The position numbers and the translations under genes are program-made. A DNA stretch of 64,000 bases from Paraspadella gotoi. Its lineage: Eukaryota > Animalia > Chaetognatha. The notes beneath the pieces were generated by a model that saw only the letters and a program-made list of their open reading frames with translations, did no database searches and was not told the DNA's origin. Positions 58,028-64,000 of the stretch are shown here, in pieces. The stretch lies in NCBI GenBank assembly GCA_051294375.1, contig CM119265.1, forward strand, positions 22,258,278 to 22,322,277, written 5' to 3'. Position 1 is the stretch's first letter. Each line of letters begins with the position of its first letter.

Positions 58028-61000
58028 TCATCGAAACCTTCCCTCGAGTCGAGCGCTTAAAGCTTCCACCTTCTTGACGCACTCTCTCAGCTCCTCCTTG
58101 ACCCTCTCGTGCTCTTCCCTCGACACCATCTCCCTTTTCATTGTCGCCACCATCGTTCTCAACTCCTCCATCGTCAACTTCTGCGCGTCCTCCTCCTCGG
58201 GCTTCTTGGCGGGAATCCCGTTGACGATCCGCTTGTCTTTCCTATCCAGCGCCGAAGCGGCGGAATCGGCGACGTCGTCCGTCGAGGAAGAAGTGACGAC
58301 GCCGTCGGAAATGGTCAGGTGACCGGAAGCGGAAGCCGTGGGAGGCGCCTCGACGACGGGAGGGATTTCAGGGGTTGGCGCCGACGACATCGCGGGGTTG
58401 GGAGAAGGCTGTTTCGGTGGTAGAGGTCGCGTGGGTCGATGGAGGTTGACGGGCTGCGTTGAAGGTTGTTGCCCTGCTGCCGCGGCAGCGGCGCTTTGTC
58501 GCGCCGCCAGAAAGGAGGATTTGAAGTTTGAGTTCCCGGCGGGAGCCGATGGGGGAACATTATTGACAGCCGCGGGTGCTGGGGAATGAGAAGGTTCGGA
58601 GGACGACGTCGTCGAAGCTATGCTGTCCTGCATATCCTTGATGCGACTCTTTATCAGCGACGGCGGGCGGGGTTTTTTCTCGGGCTTGACCTGCGATGGC
58701 AGCACAGCCGGAGACGCCGACGCGGCGGAGGCACTGGGCGTTCCCGCGTCGGGAGAAGTGGACGTTTTGGGCTCGTGAAACGGAGACACGGGTTTCTTGC
58801 TGGGGACTTGGGGGTTTCCGAAGGGGAAAACGGAAATAGCACCTGGAGAAACAAAATTGTGGCGGGATAAGCACAACGGAAGTGTCCGATTTCATTCAGT
58901 CAACGAATTAATGTTGCGTTGGAAAATCGAGGCGGTGAGAATTTAGCCACGCTTAGCCCGAAGGCCCTATCAATAACAGATGAAATGCCCCACTCAGCTG
59001 GGTATCACAGGCAACCCGGTTATTGCCCTCACATCCGAATTATGCGAAAAGAATAATAAGACAATTCCGAACAACTACCTGGAGGCGGCTTGGGACGAGA
59101 AGGAGAGACGCTCTTTTTGGCTTCGACCGGAACATCGAGGTTTTCTGGGGTCGAATCCCCGCTCTTGGATTCCTCTTTGACGGACGAGTCCGCGGGACGA
59201 GATGAATCCTAATCAACACGTACTTACTTTAAAATATTTATCTTTTTATTCTTTATTCTTCCTACACAAAAACTTTCACATTCTCACCAGCACATTATCG
59301 GCGCTCTTGGCCCTCCCCATAGATCCAGAGGCGGTACTGGGTGGGGCTGAGACGTTCGTCTGGCGCCCCATTTCATTGATGAAGAGACCAGATGGAGGCC
59401 GGACGCCCTTTTTCTTCATCGCTCGCTTCGCAGTGAGAGACGGAAGTATCTCCGTGGCTGCCGGAAGAAAAACGGAGGTAATTGAAGTATTAAAATTAAT
59501 TCGCCAGAAGGTAATTTATTTATTATTACTTGAATAAAATAAGTACATTTTTTCGGGTTTATTATAAATTTAAACGAGCAAAATATTGGATTCTGTGACA
59601 TATTGGCTAATAAAAATTATACTTGAATTTTATGAAAAGCCAAGAAAAAAAACGAAACGAAAAAAAAGGGGAAATTTTAAATAGAAACGATTCACAGTTA
59701 GAAACTTCTCACAAGATAAACAAAACCTTCGATAGATTTTGATCGTTATACTTGTAGTCGTCGTCTTCGTACGTACGTTTTATACGGGTCAAACTCTTTG
59801 ATATACACCTGGTACGTCGTCCAATGTGACCGTGGGAGAGATGGCGCCGCCCGAGGAGCATCCTGAAGTTGAGCTTCGTCCGCCGCCCGAATGTCGGCCG
59901 GATCCTGCGGGTACATTGAGCTCATTTACCATAATCAAATATTACACAAAAGTCATCTTTCCGAGATATCGATTTATGTTTCTACAGTCCTGTGCAAAAA
60001 AAAAAAACAGGACGCCCCAAAACATTGTACCAATAAATCTTGTTAGAATCCTTTATTATGAAAGACAAAATAGCCCATCATGCAGATTTCAAGAAAAACC
60101 GACCTGTCCTCTCGAGCGTGCCCTCGCCGCCGGAGCGGTCCAACGACTCCGTTGAATCGTCGAGCGTCTCGCTGGATCCTCCGCTGCAGCTCATCGGTGA
60201 TGGGGGTGTTGCCGACCTCGTTTTCCGCTTGAAGGATCCAAAGCCGCTCGTGGTCGTTGTTGTTGTAGGGATGGAGGGAGCGTTAGGCTTGTTCGGTTTC
60301 AAAGGAACAGGCTAGACAAAAAAATTGTACGTGTAACAGCAATTCTTTTTCATAATTTTTTATATCAAACGTGCTATTAAGTAATAGTCTGAAACGGGCA
60401 GAAATTTATATTACTTGTGCGACATTCTCATTGGTTACGGAGGCGGTGGCCACTGGCGGAGGAGGAGGTTTTTTCATCGACGCCCTTGGGCCAAAAATAT
60501 CGCCCAGCTTTTTCGAGGCTTTGTCGAGGAGATGGGTGGGCTTCTCGGGCCGCTGAGGGGCGTCGCCGACGGATGGTTTCTCAGGACGCGGGGGCGGGGC
60601 GTCACTTTCCAGGGTAGAATTCTTAGAAGAAAGGCCGGTAGGGGTGGTGGGGCGCAACGGTCGGGAAGGTTGGGGGGAGAGTGAGGAAGCCGACTAGAAG
60701 AACGGTTTAGATCATTACGATTAAAGATAATGTTGTATAGTGATAGCGTTGATGTTTACCTCAACCGGTTTGTCCATGGTTTTCTTTTTTGGCCCGCTCT
60801 CTTGCTCGGAATTGACCATGGAATTATCAACTCCCTTTGAAAAAAAATTATTGGATATTCCTTTTAAAAACTTGATGCTTGATAATAGATATGTAAGTAT
60901 TTATGTGTAAATACAAAAATACGATCATGTCACCAGAAAATGACAATCTCAAACGCACCTCGACCATGTCCACGAAATTGTCCGGAAAGACGCCGATCTT

Positions 61001-63763
61001 GCTTTCTTTTCCTTTGACGCAGCCTTTCCACCACCCTGGGTCTTCCAGTTCAGTTTCCAACACGATGACCACGTCGCCCTCTTTGATGGAGAGCTCGTCC
61101 TCGTGGACGGCTTCGTAGTCGAAGAGCACGTTGGCCAAACGTTGTTTTGGTAAAGAGGGCCTGTTGGAAAGGAATTAGGTCATATGTGATAATTTTTATA
61201 TTTCCTTCTTTTGTTTTTAAGTCAGGCAAATAATACAGCGATAGCTTACTACTAACGCTTCGAACGATCTTTCGTCACTTATGTTCCCAAAACCGAAAAT
61301 AATTCCGAAATTATTCAAAAAGCAAAAAAATGACTCGAGAGATTTGATTTCGGATTTATTATTCAATGATTTTTTATCGAACCAAAAATAAAATACCAGA
61401 ATCTCTGAAGGCGATAAAATAATAGTGATTATTGAAGTGGGGGTTGATACAAAAATAATAAACGATATGTGTTCTGCAGAGACCCAACTTCAACAAAAAA
61501 AACTTTTTCTTTCTTGAAATAAATTGAAGTGAAAAAAAAAGCAAAAATAACAAACTATTGCGGGTCGACGCGAAATTCTCCGAGGCGGAAGGAAGATAGC
61601 GACGCCTGCGACTCGAGTGTAGTCAAAAGCTTCTTCTAAAATGTTTATTAAAATAGATATTGTCAGTTAAAATATATCGTTATAAAGCATACAAAACGAT
61701 ACAAAAAGAGATCAACATAGGGTCGAACAAAAACGAGCGTGATCTTTTGAAACAGATTTGTAAAGGTGGCGAAGTGGCAAAGGGCGTTGCCCTCTGAGAA
61801 AACAGTCGTTGAAATTGTCGAGTCGGTAAGAGGACGAAAAGAAAATCGTCGCGGAAATGAGCTTTACGATGAGAGGTAGTGACAAAATGAAAATATTATT
61901 TCGAAATATTTTAGCAAATTCATTTTAAATTTTATGATACTTACTATTTAAAATGTAATAGGAAGTAACATCCTTGCGGAAAAATATAACAAAGCTTGTA
62001 ATAGAAAAAAAACCAGTTTTTAAAACTTGTTTGAAATAATTCCTGTAAAAGGTTTTTGGTGTTCTTCCACCTTCAGAATATTTAAAAGAAGCGTACTTCA
62101 AAGCCATGTTTAGTAAACTATTTACTGTATTTAATCTATCGGTATAACAATTATTTACCCATTTAAACAATAGAGCGTAGTGAAAGTTACGTACGAAAAT
62201 TCTAAAAATCAATTATGAACAGCATACTATCAGTGAACATTAATTTGTAAAAAAAATTTTTTTTTTTAATTTTTACACATAGTATATAGTATATTATAGT
62301 ATACAATGTATACTATACATAGTATATACAATGTATATACAATGTATACTATATATAGTACTAATTCAATAAATGGTGAAATATCAAAATAGTTTTTTGT
62401 AAGATTTTTTTACAGATTTGGATTCGTCATGAAAAGTTGATATAAAAAAATATAACTCTTTTTTAAAAATTCTTTCATTATTAATTAAGTTATTAAGTTA
62501 TTAATTAAGTTGGTCAAATATCAGAAAAAACTTATATTTTAAGCTCAAAATAAAAGATTTATATATTAAATATATAATTTTTTTAATTTAAACCCACTTA
62601 ATGAAAGAGTTTTTAAAAATGATTTATATTTTCTTTTATTAACTTTTGACGAGAAAAATTAAGAAAAGCATATTTTGAAATTTTTCGATTTTATAAGGAT
62701 AGTACTATAAATATAGCTTACTGTAATGCGTAAATTATAAAATTTATAATATAATTTTTTTATTCAGAAATGTTCATTAGTATAATGTTATTCGTTCCTC
62801 ACTTTTAGAATTTCAATTAAAGTTAAATTTATAATTTTTACTACGCTATATTAAACAATAAGGGTTTAGTCTTGCAGAGGTTTTCATGCGACTAATACCT
62901 GGACGGTTTGGGCGAGGGGACCGGAGATTTCGAAGGCTTCCCATCGCCATCATCAGTTTTGGTGGAGATCCCTTCCTTCTTGTTGCGAAAATTGGCCAGC
63001 GCGTCTTTGGTGACGAGCGGGCCGAAGCCGATCTTCTGGACGTGCTTCGTCCTGTCTTCCTCCGGTTTGGCGTCTTTAACGTCGTCGCCGCCGTCGTCGT
63101 CGCCGATTAACTAGTATCATAATGCACCAAATACAGAATGATAGCACATTGTTAAAATATGCACAAGTTTAAAGAAGAAGAGCTATCGCTGAGTCGAACC
63201 TTGACGAAGTTGGAGGGAAAGACGCCCGTTTTGTCGGGGACGCCATCTTCCTTGGCCTTTTTCCGTCCCTCCCACCAACCCTCTTCTACCTCGCGAAGAC
63301 CGTAGATGATCTCTCCAACTTTGAGATCCAACTCGTCGTCATTTTGGGCATTGTAGGAAAACGCAACCTACGAAATATCAAATAACCCGATACATTACAT
63401 AACGTAACATTATCTTTACGAAGCATTAAGTTTAACAGTTAGCTTGACATTTTTATCTAAAATATTGTAATATCCTGGTTTTGAAATTAATGGGATTTTT
63501 AAATTTTTTTAGATGTCCTCAAGGCAATGATAAATTTCTGTCTAGGCTTATCCTGAATTAGTACTTAGCAGGATAAGTTAACGTATGAAAGAAAAATAAT
63601 CATGATCAAATTCTATTTATTTTATTTATATTACAACGTTGCAATCCTGCCCAAATCAAATTCTAAAGAATATATGGAATTATTAAATATTTGAAAATAG
63701 TAAACTTACTTGACAACGTCGCTTTCTACTAGGATTAGCGCGTAAAACTTGACTAGATGCCAT
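58028..63763 (-). CDS. SH3KBP1: CIN85/CD2AP-family adaptor (two SH3 domains visible, Pro-rich region, CPI motif, C-terminal coiled coil)
   Basis: An SH3-B-like domain ([22 protein letters not shown]...EEGWWEG...GVFPSNFV), [10 protein letters not shown], an SH3-C-like domain ([11 protein letters not shown]...DPGWWKG...GVFPDNFV), PPPRPEKP, a CPI-like [19 protein letters not shown] and a terminal coiled coil. SH3-A is not seen. Confidence 0.88.
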
Positions 63764-63813
63764 TGTAGAGTCGAGAAAGTGATCAAGTTACAACAAAAAC
63801 GTTAGCGGAATGT

Positions 63814-63821
63814 CCGGAAGT
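63814..63821. promoter_or_regulatory. ETS motif upstream of the CIN85 ATG
   Basis: CCGGAAGT ~50 bp upstream of the ATG at 63763. Confidence 0.35.
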
Positions 63822-64000
63822 GTAAGCAAACGGTGTTTTAAAACTCATTTTGATCCTTAGTGAGGAAGGAAGTTTCAATAAAAAGCTTTTAATATTCCAG
63901 TTAGCAATGCCTAAGGTTTCGCCTAAAAAGACCCATTCAAAAATTAATTACGAAATCATTGACCGAGAAACTATGCCACGCCCCTCATTCTGGTTTTTAA

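Noticed and set aside
62278-62362. Palindromic TATAC/GTATA-rich tract
   Set aside because: Low-complexity AT repeat with no TIR/TSD evidence for a MITE.

Overview
This is eukaryotic DNA from a gene-dense, intron-rich genome of a ciliated animal. It is a draft assembly with short N gaps, and I cannot name the taxon from the sequence alone. Genes in order: an orphan intronless multi-pass membrane ORF (+); CFAP46 (+, about 45-50 exons); a choline-transporter-like SLC44 gene (-) with a duplicated exon pair and a nested ORF; DCST2 (+); LRRC51 (+); CCDC39 (+) with an N-terminal-domain-less ionotropic glutamate receptor gene nested antisense in intron 3; FAM47E-like (+); a large Pro/Ser/Arg-rich protein with degenerate RRM-like domains (-); a 7-finger C2H2 protein (-); IMPAD1/BPNT2 (-); and CIN85/CD2AP (-). 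Non-coding highlights are a Penelope-type minimal hammerhead ribozyme with an inverted partial copy, a highly structured ~290-nt intronic element, and RFX X-boxes before ciliary genes. The intron architecture is unusual: degenerate donors, frequent AAG acceptors, and purine/(GA)n-rich 5' ends with C/T-rich 3' ends. Gene calls come from manual translation and recalled family motifs, not database searches. Splice models are hand-derived.
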